Sequence record: SRR20825006_787
Direction: 5' to 3' (one strand)
Length of the DNA: 58,553 nt
The notes beneath the pieces are model-generated. The model searched no databases, was not told the DNA's origin, and saw only the letters and a list, made by a program, of their open reading frames with translations. Each line of letters opens with the position of its first letter. The first letter of the stretch is position 1. Of this stretch, positions 58,281-58,553 are shown piece by piece. The position numbers were made by a program, and so were the translations under genes.

Positions 58281-58354
58281 TACCCTGGGTGGGACTCGAA
58301 CCCACAACAAACCGCGTTTGAAACGGCTCCCTCTGCCAATTGGGGCACCAGGGC
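58281..58354 (-). tRNA. tRNA-Leu(CAA), short variable loop
   Basis: GCCCTGG/CCAGGGT, GCCGT TTCAAAC GCGGT. Confidence 0.82.
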
Positions 58355-58388
58355 ATGAGCTTGGCGACGACATCGCGACGACAAGCAG

Positions 58389-58472
58389 TGGATGGAGAGG
58401 GACTCGAACCCCCAAGGCCCGAAGGCAACTGGTTTACAGCCAGCGACGCTACCGATTACGTGCTATCCATCC
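58389..58472 (-). tRNA. tRNA-Tyr(GTA)
   Basis: GGATGGA/TCCATCC, GCTGG CTGTAAA CCAGT, variable arm. Confidence 0.85.
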
Positions 58473-58508
58473 TCGACGACCGCGTGCTTTACGGAGCACA
58501 TGGCCGAA

Positions 58509-58553
58509 TACCCTGGGTGGGGTTCGAACCCACAACATACCGATCCTTAGTCG
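58509..58553 (-). tRNA. tRNA-Leu(AAG), 3' part only, cut by the window edge
   Basis: CGA CTAAGGA TCGGT ATGTT GTGGG TTCGAAC CCCAC CCAGGGT A. Confidence 0.7.

Noticed and set aside
57339-58553. CRISPR array (regularly recurring GGGACTCGAACCCACAAC)
   Set aside because: The repeats are T arms of complete tRNA cloverleaves; no cas genes in the window

Overview
GC-rich chromosomal segment whose gene content (RomR-like regulator next to valS, pilD-pilS2-pilR2-like cluster, Ser/Thr kinases, FHA proteins) suggests a predatory deltaproteobacterium (Myxococcota/Bradymonadia; inference). Most of the window is housekeeping and signalling genes. The outstanding feature is a minus-strand locus at ~30.0-36.3 kb. 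In transcription order it reads: leader peptide with a clear terminator/antiterminator switch; 76-aa protein ending in Gly (ubiquitin-like candidate); an RNA with a circularly permuted tRNA fold (YrlA-type Y RNA architecture); five tRNA or tRNA-like genes, two of them embedded in long nested helices; a TROVE/Ro60-like vWA protein; two unknown proteins; and a ThiF/E1-like enzyme. This looks like a translation-stress-induced Ro-Y RNA / ubiquitin-like conjugation system. A second tRNA array (57.3 kb to the window end) holds atypical CCA-less tRNAs: short-arm Leu including A34 anticodons, long-arm Cys, and Tyr. An orphan Ala-anticodon tRNA lacks the G3:U70 identity pair. All calls come from reading motifs and base pairing by eye; no database searches were run.
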